From Vicugna vicugna (taxonomy: Eukaryota), in contig MU063892.1 of the NCBI GenBank assembly GCA_013265495.1, positions 7,287,308-7,351,307 of the forward strand: a stretch of 64,000 bases of DNA. The letters are read 5' to 3'. Below the pieces are notes generated by a model. The model worked only from the letters and a program-made list of their open reading frames with translations. It had not been told where the DNA came from and ran no database searches. Positions 39,023 to 51,148 of the stretch are shown one piece after another; the first letter of the stretch is position 1; each line of letters starts with the position of its first letter. Position numbers and translations under genes: made by a program.

Positions 39023-42000
39023 CTGTGGAACAGAGATGGGGAACTGTAAAGCATTTCCATCCCCTCTGCAAAGGCATTCCCTCTGCAGAAACAGGGAACA
39101 CAGTCTCAGTTTGTTAACAGCCATTTACAACAGCATCTACCCTGTGCCAGACCCTGAGCAGGGTGCTGAGAATACAGGGAGGCCTCAGAAGGCTCTCGGC
39201 CCTCAGGGAATTCCCTCACACTTTATGCGAGATGCTGACATGTAAACCAGCAAGTCCAGGGTGAGGACAGAGCTGGGAACCAGCAACTATGATGGAGGCA
39301 GCACTCCTCATCTGGTGACCCAGAGCCTGAATCAGACCTATCGGTTTGGCCTCATACTTTAAAAAATCAGAAAATCTCTCAGATTTGAGAAGTCACAAGA
39401 TCTGACCTCACTGGGCCCACAGTCCCACTGAGAACAATCAATCAGCTGGACCAGTCCAGGTGGCAAAGGACCAGCCCAGGTGGCAGAGCACATGCACACT
39501 CCCTTGCTACCATCCCCACAGCTCCCTGCACACACCCAGCACTCCTGGCCCATCTCATCGCTTTCCAGGTCCCTTGAACAGAAGAACTAGAGATCCTGTC
39601 TCTGTAGTGATAGCAGAGACAGCGGGCTTTCCCAGGATGTATGAGGTCCACCCTCTACTAGCCAAGGGAGCTGGAGCGGCCTGACTCACTAAGCCAGCCT
39701 TGAATAAGAAGTGGCACCTGCTCCGGTCCTCAGAGGAAGGGCACCAGCTCCGAGCCAGAGGGCCGCACTCACATCCCACTGCTCCGCTGCCCAGCTTCGT
39801 GGCCATCAGCGACTCACTTCCCCTCTCAGAGTCTTGGTTTTCTCAACTGCAGTAACAGTACCAAGCTCTCACTGGTTGCTATGAGGATTAAATGAGATGC
39901 TCCAAGTAAAGCCCCTAGAACAATGCTGGGGACCTGGCAAGTGCTCGATAAAAGTGAGCTGCTAACTGATTGTGGTTCTTGTTGTGATATCCCCACCTAG
40001 AAAAGCAAGTTAATCAGGTGTTCTGGGGACTCTAGGAATCCCAGGCTTCATCACAGCCAGGAGGTACTCTCCAGCTTGGCCACCAACTCGCAAATTATTC
40101 TCATCAGAAAAGGGGGAGGGGAGAGAGAGAGAATCACCCCCAGGGAAGAGAGCAGAGGGCTGCAGGTAGTCCCTTTATAAGGGGACACTGCAGGACACAC
40201 ACCCTCACACTGAACATGGGGTGGCAGGTTTTTACCATGTCTCATCCAAAGGGCAGAGGAGCCAAACACAGAGTAGCTAAAAAAAGTCAGGGATTTTTGG
40301 ACACAAGCAGGTAGGGGACAAACTCCAGGGCATTCAGGCTCCACACACAGCTGGGCCCCCTGCAAAGGTTCCTGCTGCCAGGGGAACAACTGACCTGCCA
40401 TCCCTGACCTGTCCTGGGGCCTGGGTCTCCTTCCGCCACCCCTAGTCCTCGCAGCCAGGGGTGAACTGGTGGTCTGACCCCAGCTACATCTCGGGGAAGC
40501 TCCCCACCAACGCGACGTCCACAGCGTCAGAGGAAAAACTCAGCTCAGAAGGTTTCACACTTGCTTCCTCCGCCCACCCCGCTCCTTCTCACTGTGCCAG
40601 GTGAGAAAAACAAGTCAACACCCCTAGAAGTGACCATCGATCAGAGCAGTTTCTTGGGATAGCACTCAAACCATAATAACCTAAACCACTTCCTGTCTCT
40701 TCAGGGAGTTGCTTAGAGAAGAGTAGAAAGCGCATGAACCCAGGACAGAGGCGGGGGCGGGGAGACAGATGCATGGAAGTATTTACAAAGCTCCTCTCCT
40801 GATCTGGCCCCAGACGGGTCTGTGCTGCCAGGCCCTGGCCCCTTTGCTGAAAGAACGCATCCTGGCTCTCAGGATCATCTGCACTGGATTTGAGTGGGAC
40901 AAGACACCTGCACTTGAGCACTGGCTTCCTCAGAGACTGGCTGTGCAACCCTGAACAGGTTCCTTCCCTCTCTGAGCCAGGGTCTTCTCCACTGCAATGT
41001 AGAGATAATACAGATTGCTGCCTTGCCTGTCCCAGGGCTGGTGGGGGCTCACACAAGAGACCTGATGGGAAAGGGTTTGGTGGATAGTACTGGAGTATAA
41101 GGGCATGAGGGATTATTATAAACTCAAGTCAATAAATCACCCACTTGTCAGGCGTTAGGACAGGGCTTCTGGGCCACAAACCATACCATGAATGGGGTCA
41201 CAGGGTCAGTCTGGAACTAGACAGTCTAATTTAATGCAACCAAGACTAGATCAGAGAAGGCAAAACCACACAGGACTGAAAAGTGAGGTAAAATAGACCA
41301 AATTTAAAGAAGGGTATTGTTTGCTAATGCTGTAATCTGGGCCCTGTGCCCCCCAGTCTGACTTTTAAAGGAAGCCATTTCTTTCCTTCCCTAGCCCAGC
41401 TGCACAGGGCTGTCACAGAGTCTTCACAGAGCCTAGAGAGTCACAAATAAGCCACTTGACACATACCTCTGCCTTCGGGTGGGAAGCAGCCCCATTTTAG
41501 GGAAGGCAACTGAGGCCTAGAGTGATTGGATGACTTGCTCAAGGTCATCTGGCCAGTAGCCAGTACAAAGCAGGATCAACCCAATCTACATGGCAAGCCC
41601 TTGTGCCCCATCTCCACACATGCTGGATAATGTGTGGCAAGTGGGCTAGATTCCCCAAAACTGCTTTTTGAAGCATCTTTTTGAAAAAATAATCCAAGAG
41701 GCAACCCAGCTACTGAGCTCTGTGAAGGCAAACTCCTTGACTTCCCACCTGCCACCTGTTACACCCTCTGGTCCAAACTCCCATGTCACCCTTTAAACAC
41801 CTGCTTCACTGACCAAACACAGTAATTACTCCACCTTGCTCCAGCCTCCAAGGTGAGCCCTGGCAGCCATCCCGCCCCGGCAGTGGCGAATCTGAGGCTG
41901 GCCGCCTTCACAGGGTGTTGTCCCCAGAGAATGACAGGCGGGCAGGCACCCCAGTTCCCGGAAGGCACCAGACCCCGTTCAACTCAGGTTGGCTCAACGC

Positions 42001-43779
42001 ACCCTCCTGAAAGGAGGGCAGGTATCCCAGCCAGAGAAGGAGACAGAAGTCGGCACCCTGGCGACAGCCTTAGCCTCTGTAGAGCCCCAAGAGCATTTGA
42101 GGGAAGATTTGTGCCCTGAATTCCACCTCGTCCTCTGAACCCCAGGACCAGAAGTAATGAACACTTGATTTCTGGTAAAGAGCAAAGATGTCCTTGGACA
42201 CTAAAATAATTATCATAAAGAATAAATGAAGTCAGATTAACATAATACATTCAACAGTTACCATCATTCTTAACAGCATCAGCATTTCCTCACTGTCCCT
42301 CTCCCACGGCCTGGATGACTGTGCCCTTCTTGGTTCACTAAGTCCAATATTCTCAGAGGGGAATCAAAATGTGGAAACATACTGGGGGGACACCAAGAGG
42401 CATCACTCGGCCAAGAAGGAATTATATCAGCCTGCCTCAGGCGACATACCTCTTCAACTCCCATCTCCCATGACCAGGCTGCCAATCCTCAGAAGTCACT
42501 GCCCTTCAGTCTGTCACTCAAGCAAAACCCTGTTGGCTACCTGCTGTCTGTCACCCCTGGGTCCAGCATCAGACACCCAGAAATGTGACGGCCTAGGCCC
42601 TGCCCTTAATGGGGTCACCATTTAGCAGTGACATCTCCACTCTAACCTAATGTGCCAACTAAAAGGTTTTTAAAAACTCAGTGTGAAACCACTATCAGAT
42701 TCCTCTCCAGAAGGAACACAGATTCATTTCCAACATACCAAGCCCAAACACCCAGATGCCCCAGCCTGAAGAGAATGAAGACATCTTCCATCAACAACTC
42801 TGAGCCTGATGGAAGCCCTTTTCCCCAGAAAAGTTACCTGCTATAAGCAAGTATCGTATTCACATTACTGACAGAGGGGGATGGCAAGGAAGCAAGTCTG
42901 TAAGGGGCTGGGAAGAGGCCACTCTCAAGGAAGGAGGTCAAAGGGCATTCTGAAGGCACTAGAGGAGGGGCTCAAGCACTTCCAAGGTCAGCATCATGGA
43001 TCCCCAGGCAAGGCTGGTCTCGACCCTCATACCAGCAGGACGCCAGGCAGCTGGACTCCGGCAGGTGCAGAGAGGGCCTAAAGGAATGCCAGCCAGCTCC
43101 AGCATCAACACTGATACCTCAGGCTTCCTGAGAGAAGGAACTGGTCCTGTGTTCAGCTTCTCTCCCTGACCCTTAAAAAATGAGGCCAGGATTTGAAGGT
43201 CAAAGGAGAAGAATCCATTCAAACAGCAGAGACGTCCATGCACTTCAAAGACAACTACCTTCTGCATAGCATCGCTCAGTAAACAGGCTGCTACTCAAAA
43301 CCATTATCTCCTTTAATCCTTGCCAAACCCCTCTAAAGTGGGAATTATCAGCCCCATTTTATAGATGTAGAAACTGAGGCTCAGTGAGGGGACATAAGTT
43401 ATTCAAACTCACACAACTCCACTTTGAGACCTCCCAGTTCCAAATTTAACGCCTCCCTTCTGAGCAGGCCTGACCATGGTGCCTACAGCACATTACGTAT
43501 ATTGGGCGCTCGGCAACATTGAGTGAATCTCAACTGAATGCCTGAGTCCTGAACACCGGCTCTCAGACTGCTCTGGAAAGATGCCCTCTCTTCCCTCTCA
43601 GCTCAGGCTCCAAGGAAGAAAGACACTGGTTCAAAAAGGTCCCAAGAGGAGAAAGAGTCTGTGTCAACATGCAGGGGGTCTTGACTCTGCTGGGAGGAGG
43701 AGGAGGCAAGGCCTAGGCTCCCAGCTACCTCAGCATCTCTCCGGGGTTCGGAGCGCACAGCAGCAGACGACAGACTCAC

Positions 43780-43819
43780 CTTCAGGGATGGCATCCTCCT
43801 GGTACACAGGCCGCAGCAG
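43780..43819 (-). CDS. RGS3: RGS3 short exon LLRPVYQEDAIPE, 40 nt
   Basis: Acceptor ttcccttgcag|CTG, donor AAG|gtgagt; phase 0 to 1. Confidence 0.94.
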
Positions 43820-44079
43820 CTGCAAGGGAAAAACAGAGAACCACCTCAGCCCCAGGAACAGGGCAGGAAGACCAGGCGGGCTGCTCAGCCCTGGCCTGGG
43901 ATAGGAGGGGGGCACCCCAGGGCACACAGGAAAAACAGCAGTCCCGTTAAGGAGCTGAGAGGGGGGCTTGGAAGGATCACAGAATCAGAATCCTTCAGAA
44001 TGTTCAAGTTGAACAAATTTTAGCTGTCATCAAGTCTAACCTCTTGGCTGAGTCCCCAACTTCCTTGATGGCAGCTTGT

Positions 44080-44340
44080 TCCAAAATGCATTCCATGGAA
44101 CCCAGCACTTGGGATGCTAACAACTCTGCCACAAAGGGCGCGCCATCAGGGGAGTTTGGGGTTAAACACGAGTAAACTACCATTTTCGCTGCAAATGCCC
44201 TCAGAGCCTCAAAGAGGCTAGTATGCGGTGGGAATCTGCCAGAAGGGGAAGAGAGTACGAGATATTTCTCAAACTTATTTGACCTCAGGACACTTCTTCC
44301 CCAAAGTATCTCATGGGACAGTGTTTTGGGGGACACACTC
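44080..44340. mobile_element. Possible old hAT-type DNA transposon remnant
   Basis: Phrases ttctcaaacttatttgacc and catgggacagtgttttggg resemble Charlie-family MITE ends; family not resolved. Confidence 0.3.
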
Positions 44341-44708
44341 CATCACCCCCTCATGCCACCCTGCAGTGTCTGCTTTCACATCTCCTACGACAGGGGCTCA
44401 CTGCCTACCACACGGCCCATTCTGCTGTGGAAAAGCATAGACTGGCAGCTCTTCCTTCTTTTGAGGTGTGCTCTTCCACGCTGTAACATCCCCTGGTCCT
44501 GGATCTGTGCCCTGAGGCCACAAAGGCCCACCTGCTCACTCTACCCAGGACAGCCCTATAGAGGCTGGAGCTAACACATCTTCGCTTCCCTGCTCCCCAC
44601 TCCCAGCCCCTGGCAGGCTCCTCACAACACAACTGTGAGTCTTCGAGTCTTCCTGGCGTCACACAGGGACCCATGCCCTTCACCTTCCCCAAAACCAGCT
44701 GTCCGTAC

Positions 44709-45060
44709 CTGGCTCCCAGGGTTCAGTGGGGCCAGGATAATGTAGTTGGGGTCGGTGGAGGCAGTGGCACGGGACAAAGCAGGCAGGGTGTGCTGGCCTC
44801 CGCGCTTGGTCACCTCAGTGTAGCGCTCCCAGCCACCGAGCAGCAGCCCATCCGAGCTGTCACACACCAGGTGACAGCTGTGGCGCTGCTCTGGCCGTGC
44901 CTGGGCCCCATGGGTGCAGTTCTTCTCCCGCTTGTTGGGGGGTGACTGGAGGTCATGGGTCGACTTGCAGGAGGCCCGCCGCAGGACCCCGCCATCTGGC
45001 CCCGGCTTGACCTGGGGGACCATGCGCCACACGAGCAGGATGATCTCGCTGGGACAGCTC
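44709..45060 (-). CDS. RGS3: RGS3 exon SCPSEIILLVWRMVPQVKPG...YIILAPLNPGSQ, 352 nt (PDZ end plus linker)
   Basis: Acceptor aacttccag|GAGC, donor CAG|gtacgg; 1 nt + 117 codons with no stop. Confidence 0.97.
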
Positions 45061-45800
45061 CTGGAAGTTGGAGGAGGTCACACAGAGAAGTTGAGTCTGG
45101 GGGAGACCAAAGTCAGCCAGGAGAGGAAGAGTGGGGAAGTGTGGGAGAAGCCCCCAGTGTCAGGGCAGGAAGGGATGCAGAGGCCGTCTAAAGCCGAGAC
45201 AGCAAAGGGGTCCCTCCTATTGACTCTAGTTGACTGGCAGAGGCTGGGAAGGACTCTGAGGCCAAGGCCAGGTAAACAGGCAAGAAGACCAAATTCAACT
45301 AGTGATGTCCATCGGGTATAACCAAGGAGGCGCAGCAAGCCACCTGTGTATAACCCCTCATCCAGTCCTTCTAGAAGCAAACCTAAAATGGACCATGAGG
45401 GCTTTAACACAGAGGGTTAAGATTTAGCAAATCAAAACATTTTAAAGAATAGTTTTTCAGTTGTGCAACTGAAAAATTCTGTGATGTCTACAAGTCCTTG
45501 GAAAACAATGGGCTTAGCTCTGAGGTAGCAGAAATAATGAGCTAAAGTAGAAAGTGACCCCCTGGACTCACGCCATGAACCACAAAGTCTGTTAGAGAGC
45601 TTCTTCCTTGCTGCTTGTTCTGGGATCCAAAATTGTTCTGAGCCTGAATCTTCCATTTTCAGGCCAAGAAACTGATTCCCCAAGGAGGACAGAGAATTGC
45701 TCACAGCTGAGAAGGAGGGACGGGCAAGGAGTGTGTCCAGGGCTGGGGAGGGGAGGTGTGCATCAGCCCAAGGCCCCAGGCCACCCGCCACCCCTGTCAC

Positions 45801-45906
45801 CGGATCTCGTGCGCCAGCTCCACGCATTTCCAGTGCTCCACAGGCCTCTCATTCAGCTGCAGCACCGTGTCCAGCTGCTGCAGCCCCGCCCGCTCCGCCG
45901 GGCCCC
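45801..45906 (-). CDS. RGS3: RGS3 PDZ exon 2: (G)GPAERAGLQQLDTVLQLNERPVEHWKCVELAHEI(R), 106 nt
   Basis: Acceptor tttgtccctgcag|GGGG, donor CCG|gtgaca; phase 1 to 2. Confidence 0.97.
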
Positions 45907-46718
45907 CTGCAGGGACAAAGAAAAGTCACTCAAGGGCTCCTGAAGCCCATGACCCGCTCAAAGGTCCTGGGGTCCTTTGTTTCCACAGTGAACTCAGACA
46001 AGGACCACTCCTCTCTGTTTCTTCATCTGTGAATGAAGGGCCGACCTCAGGGTGCTCTCAGGGACCTTGAAGGGAGGCCCCTCTTTGCCCTCATCTCCTC
46101 CCTGCCTGAGCACCCAGGGCTGGCTAACTTGTTCTGCTGTCTACCCTTCCTGCCAGGCCCAACTCCTTCCGCAGGACCTCCCATCCCTTGAGAACTCCTT
46201 GTTGCCAGGCTCACACACTTCATTCCTTTAACATCAGCACAGAGCCAGCCTTGTGCCCATCCCTGCACAGGCATTGGGGTGCCCAGCTCACCACATCTCG
46301 GCTTCTCCTCTTAGGATGCTCACTCTGCGACTAGGGGAAGTCTTTGCAAAAAATAAGGAGGAAATGACTATTTTTAAGTGCTAATCAGGCTGGAGTAAGA
46401 CAAAATACTGACTCCAAATCACGTTCATAAGTGACTCTCATTTTCCTGTGTAGCCATTACTGAAAATATAGGTTAAGTTCCTGTTTGAAATGATGGAAAA
46501 CAAAATATAAAATCTATTTTCATTCTGATAAAAACCAAAAAAAAAAAAAACAGAGTGGGTGTATTTTCATAGACCTCAGTTTCATCTGTGGTCTTTTAAA
46601 ATTACTGTTCTTTTCATTTTGAAAAACCAGGACACTTTGCTCCAGTTCAGGGCACCCCCTTCAGTTCCAACGTCTTGTTTACAAACCCTCAAGGGCTGGC
46701 ATGACCCGAGGCACTCAC

Positions 46719-46800
46719 CGGAATCCACAGCCTGGACTCGGACCGGAGAGTCGCAGCAGATGGTGAAGCCAAAGCCATCCTTCCCCCTCGGGATGGTGAT
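46719..46800 (-). CDS. RGS3: RGS3 PDZ exon 1: ITIPRGKDGFGFTICCDSPVRVQAVDS, 82 nt
   Basis: Acceptor gtgtcctag|ATC, donor CCG|gtgagt; GFGF carboxylate-binding loop. Confidence 0.97.
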
Positions 46801-49800
46801 CTAGGACACAATCGTGCCTGGTTACTCTCAGACGCCACAAGGCTGCTGCCTCAGTCCCAAGGTCGGGAAGCCCACAGGCCCCACCCTAGAGCCACCTTCC
46901 TCTCCAAGGTTGCTGGAGCCAAGAAGGAGGCTGGCCAGCCCCTCGTTGTCCCTGTCTCGCAGGCATCTTGAGCACTGGGTTGTGGGCCAAGCAGGAAGGC
47001 TGGGAGTTCAGGAGGTAAGCCAGGCTGGTACGGGAGGGCCCAGGACACACAGAGCCTTAGAAGGGTGAATCTTGCCCTCCTCAGCCCTGACAGAGATGTG
47101 GCCTAGCCCTTTACCAAAGGGCCTGCTGCACCTGTACATCTCCACCTCGCCTGTGACCCACTACCTGCTGAGTCCCTTCCTCCGTTCCCCCAGGGGTTCA
47201 TAGAGCATCGGCCCAGGGATGGACCTGTACTGAGGGCCCAGATTCGAAGCTGACCTGTTGGCTGTCCCCCCAGAGCACAGGGGAGGGAAGGTAGGGATAT
47301 ACAGACTCACAACCTCAGGCCAAGGGGCAGAGGACACATGCTGGGGATCTCAGGGCTGCCCACTGTGAGGGTCTCAAAGAATCCAGTGAGGGCTCCCAGG
47401 TGAGGGGGCAGGTGAGGGCATAGACAGGCCTCCTAGCTGAACCTGAACTAGCCAATGACCTCACTGTGCCTGAGGCCCATGTGCATGGCAGGTCCACAAC
47501 CCCTACTTTCAGAAGTCCTCTGAAAGGGCCCTGCTGACATCTGGATCTCTTTTCAAAGCAACGTGCAATTATTGAGCTCCTACTGTATACCAGGCTCTGC
47601 TGAAGTATTGAGGCATGAGGCCTTGGTCTCTGGCTCCCAGAGGGGATGAGGGTACATAGATCTCTCCAAAACACAACAGGACATGATGAGTATTAGAGCA
47701 AAACATGAGGACAGTGCTGGGATGAGTTCTTTGTGCTCTGACTTGAGATCACAGGCTTGGTGCATGGCAGGAACTCAGCAAATGCTACGTTAGTGAGGAC
47801 AGTTTGGCAGCGTCCCACCAGCAGCAGGAAGCTGTCAGAGTGTAGCACAGTCTGCTGGCTCAGTTCAGTTCAGGCTTGCTGCACACCCGCTCTGTCCCCA
47901 CCTCCACAGTTAGGCTTTGGTAGGGGTGCAGAAGGCCCAGCCCCTTCTCACCCAAAGAGTGATTCCAAGCTGCTCAGAGCAGGTATATGGGAGCTGAAGT
48001 CAGAAAAGAGTCTGAGTCCTGAGCAGAAGCAGTTGTGGCATGGGCCCTGGTGCGGCATGGGGAAGGGCGCCCCAGGCAGGTAGAGGAAGAAGCCAACTCA
48101 GCAACCCTGAAGAAGGTCAGGGGCTATGGCCTCATGAGGAGACTTCTGTCTCCTCCCCTTAGGGGTTGCGTCTTCCAGGTTGGGCGCCTAGGATTCCCCT
48201 GTCAGCTGTCTCAAAGGCCAGGCGTGGGGGAGAGGAGGACTTGGGAGCCCAGGATGACCAAGGCCCTTGGATGCTGCAGGGGAGGCCCCTGAGGCTCTGC
48301 TTCCCACCAGCCCTGGGCCTGGATTCAAAGCGAGTTTGTAAAACAGGAAATCTGACAGACAAGGGGAGTGGAGGGGGCAGGAAAATACCCTGTTCCCATA
48401 AGAATTCTGGGAAAACACATAGCTAAGACAGGAAGAGAGAAAAAAAATGGAAAGAAAGAAAGAAAAACAAACTCTGGAGTGAGCGCGGAAGGCCCAGGCT
48501 GAGGCCGGGGGATGATGGCAGGAGCCAGGTCCACTTCATGGGACCAGCGGGGATTGCAGGGGACTCGCGACGCACCCTCACCCCCAGCAGAAGTTGGAAT
48601 GCCAGCATCTTGCTAGCATTTCCCCAGTCCTACCCCACCAAGGGCCACAGCCCCTCCTGCCTGGGGCACAGCTCTGGAAAACAGGTCCCAGCACCCACAG
48701 GCTCAGGGCTAACGGTCTGGGGACTGGCCCCAGAGCTGAATCCGGAGAGAAGGAGTGTGCTCCAGCAAAACAGCCTCCAGCCCCAGGCGGGACTGTGGAC
48801 AGGAGACCCCTCCGCCTTCCTGGGCACTAGCCTAAGATGAACCAGCCTAGACAACAGTCCAGGCCAGCTGGGGGCTGAGAAGAGGGGAAGAGGAGATGGT
48901 GCCGGGAAGCAAGCCCCTCTCCTGCTCAGTGTGAGGGGGTGGGACTGCGTGAAGCAAAAGTATGCTCTATCCTTCGTGATCACCAACCATGCTGAAGGGA
49001 TAATGTCCGCAGAACCTGATCATCACTACAGCCCTAAGGGGAAGGCAGGGCTATTTTTAGTGTGCCCCTTTTACAGAGAAGGAAACCGAGGCCTGAAGTG
49101 AGTAAGTTCTCATCCCTCCTCTCTGACCTCGGGCTGCAGGGTCAGGGGGTGAGGGGAGCAGCCCTGCTCTAACTCTGGAACCTTGGCAACCCCTGGCAGA
49201 GGCCATCCTTCCTGGGGGTGGTTCTTGCTCATTTCTGTCCAGGGAAGGAACTATCACTGCTCCCAGATCTCACCCAAGCCAGGACCTCATTTCTGCCCTC
49301 CTGCCTGGTTTCTGAGCCTCTGTTGTACCTAGACTTCAATCCCAATCTCTAAATGTCACATTTACTGAATGCTTCCTGTATGTCCATACCAGGCCCTGCG
49401 CCAGGCAATTCATACACATTATCCCATTTACTCTCTCAGCATCATCACATTATCACCCTATCCCACTGACAGGGAGACTGAGGCTCAGGGAGGTAAACTG
49501 ACGTGCTCAAGAGCCACAGCTCAAGAAGGGCAGGACTGGATGTGAGCCTGGGTCTGGTAAAAAGCTGGAGCTCTCAACCCTGCACTGCTTCCTAGCATGG
49601 GATCCATCTTGAATTTGAGTCCCAGAGCCCCAGACCACACTCGTGCCTGGCCCCACTCTGACTGTCAGAGTGCCCCAGTCCTCAGGCCTGTAGACCCAAG
49701 TGACCAAGGACTTCTGAGCCTCCCATCCAGTGCCCTCTCTGCCTCACCACCCTCCCACCCAGTTGCCAGCATCACAGGGGCTACACTGCAGGCTCTAGGA

Positions 49801-50742
49801 GGGCAGGAGGGCTGAGAGCTGGGGAGGACTGTCCCATGTGCAACACAGGTCACCCCTCTGGGCATCTCCCTGAGACCAAAGCTGGCCTGCCTGAAGGAGT
49901 TCAGGACTCAGATTCCAGTCTGGTCATTAAAACACACAGACGGACTTTTCTATACTTTTAAAATCAGAACCATTCCACAGTCCCATCAGCTTGGACATTG
50001 CTGAAAGTTGGACATCCCTTGCCTTCACCCTGATACCATGCCTTTTTTATAAGAAAAAATGTCCATCACAGATCCAGAAGAGTCTTGGGGGCTAATGGAT
50101 CATCACTCCCACTCTGTCCCACATCCTAAGACTGGAGGCTGAGAGGCTAAACCCTCCCAGTGGGGTTGGGCTCCAGAACCAGAGGACTCCAGAGCTGCCT
50201 CAAGGCATCACGGCTACTGGGGAGGAAAAGCGTGTGTATGTGCATACACACAGACGCATCCTATCTCGCATACAAGCACACACCAACACACACTGAAACA
50301 TCATCACACATATGCAACACAGGACAAGCACTGCCATCCCATGAGAAGTAGGAAAAATTAGCAAAAATACAAAGTTAGCAAAAAACACAAACCCACTGCT
50401 CAGCAACCGGCTCAATCTCAGGCTTGGGATGCTCTTTTTAACCCACGTTCCTCCCAAATAAAAATGACAGAAAGTCAACTAGATAATCTCACCATGGACA
50501 TCACCCAGTCAGTGGTCAGGGTGGCGCAGAGCTGGCCTCATCTGCCCCTAAAGAGGGGCAGCAGGTAAAGGTCAGATTTCAAGTCCAGCTCCTGCCTCTA
50601 TCCTGCCCCCAGATCACAATGAACCTGTAAAGGACAGGCGGAGGCGAAGAAAGCCTTGTGGGGAGAGGAGTCCTGCTTGGTAAGCCCCCACCCATGACCC
50701 CCAACAACATCCCACACCCCCCCCAAGGGGCCAAGCACCCAC

Positions 50743-50796
50743 CTGGCGGTAGCGGCGCTCCGAACACACCTTGCAGAGCCCATTGAAGCGGTTCAT
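50743..50796 (-). CDS. RGS3: RGS3 alternative first coding exon (PDZ-RGS3 N-terminus): MNRFNGLCKVCSERRYRQ
   Basis: GCAGCCATGA Kozak context, 18 codons, donor CAG|gtgggt, phase 0 into ITIPRG; matches the recalled PDZ-RGS3 N-terminus. Confidence 0.93.
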
Positions 50797-51148
50797 GGCT
50801 GCGGGTCCTGCCTGGGCAGCCGCCCCCTGAAAACCCAGCTCTCCCCCCCAGCAGTGGGAGCCCGCACTGCGCCCCGTCAGCCTGGCATGACCGCCCTGGG
50901 AAGNNNNNNNNNNNNNNNNNNNNNNNNNNNNNNNNNNNNNNNNNNNNNNNNNNNNNNNNNNNNNNNNNNNNNNNNNNNNNNNNNNNNNNNNNNNNNNNNN
51001 NNNNNNNNNNNNNNNNNNNNNNNNNNNNNNNNNNNNNNNNNNNNNNNNNNNNNNNNNNNNNNNNNNNNNNNNNNNNNNNNNNNNNNNNNNNNNNNNNNNN
51101 NNNNNNNNNNNNNNNNNNNNNNNNNNNNNNNNNNNNNNNNNNNNNNNN
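50797..51148 (-). promoter_or_regulatory. GC/CpG-rich 5' leader and probable internal promoter of PDZ-RGS3 (largely hidden by N gap 50904-51148)
   Basis: CpG-dense sequence directly upstream of the alternative ATG, running into the gap. The promoter role is inferred from position. Confidence 0.55.
50904..51148. other. N gap (245 nt) over the probable PDZ-RGS3 promoter/TSS
   Basis: Run of N next to the CpG-rich leader. Confidence 0.98.
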
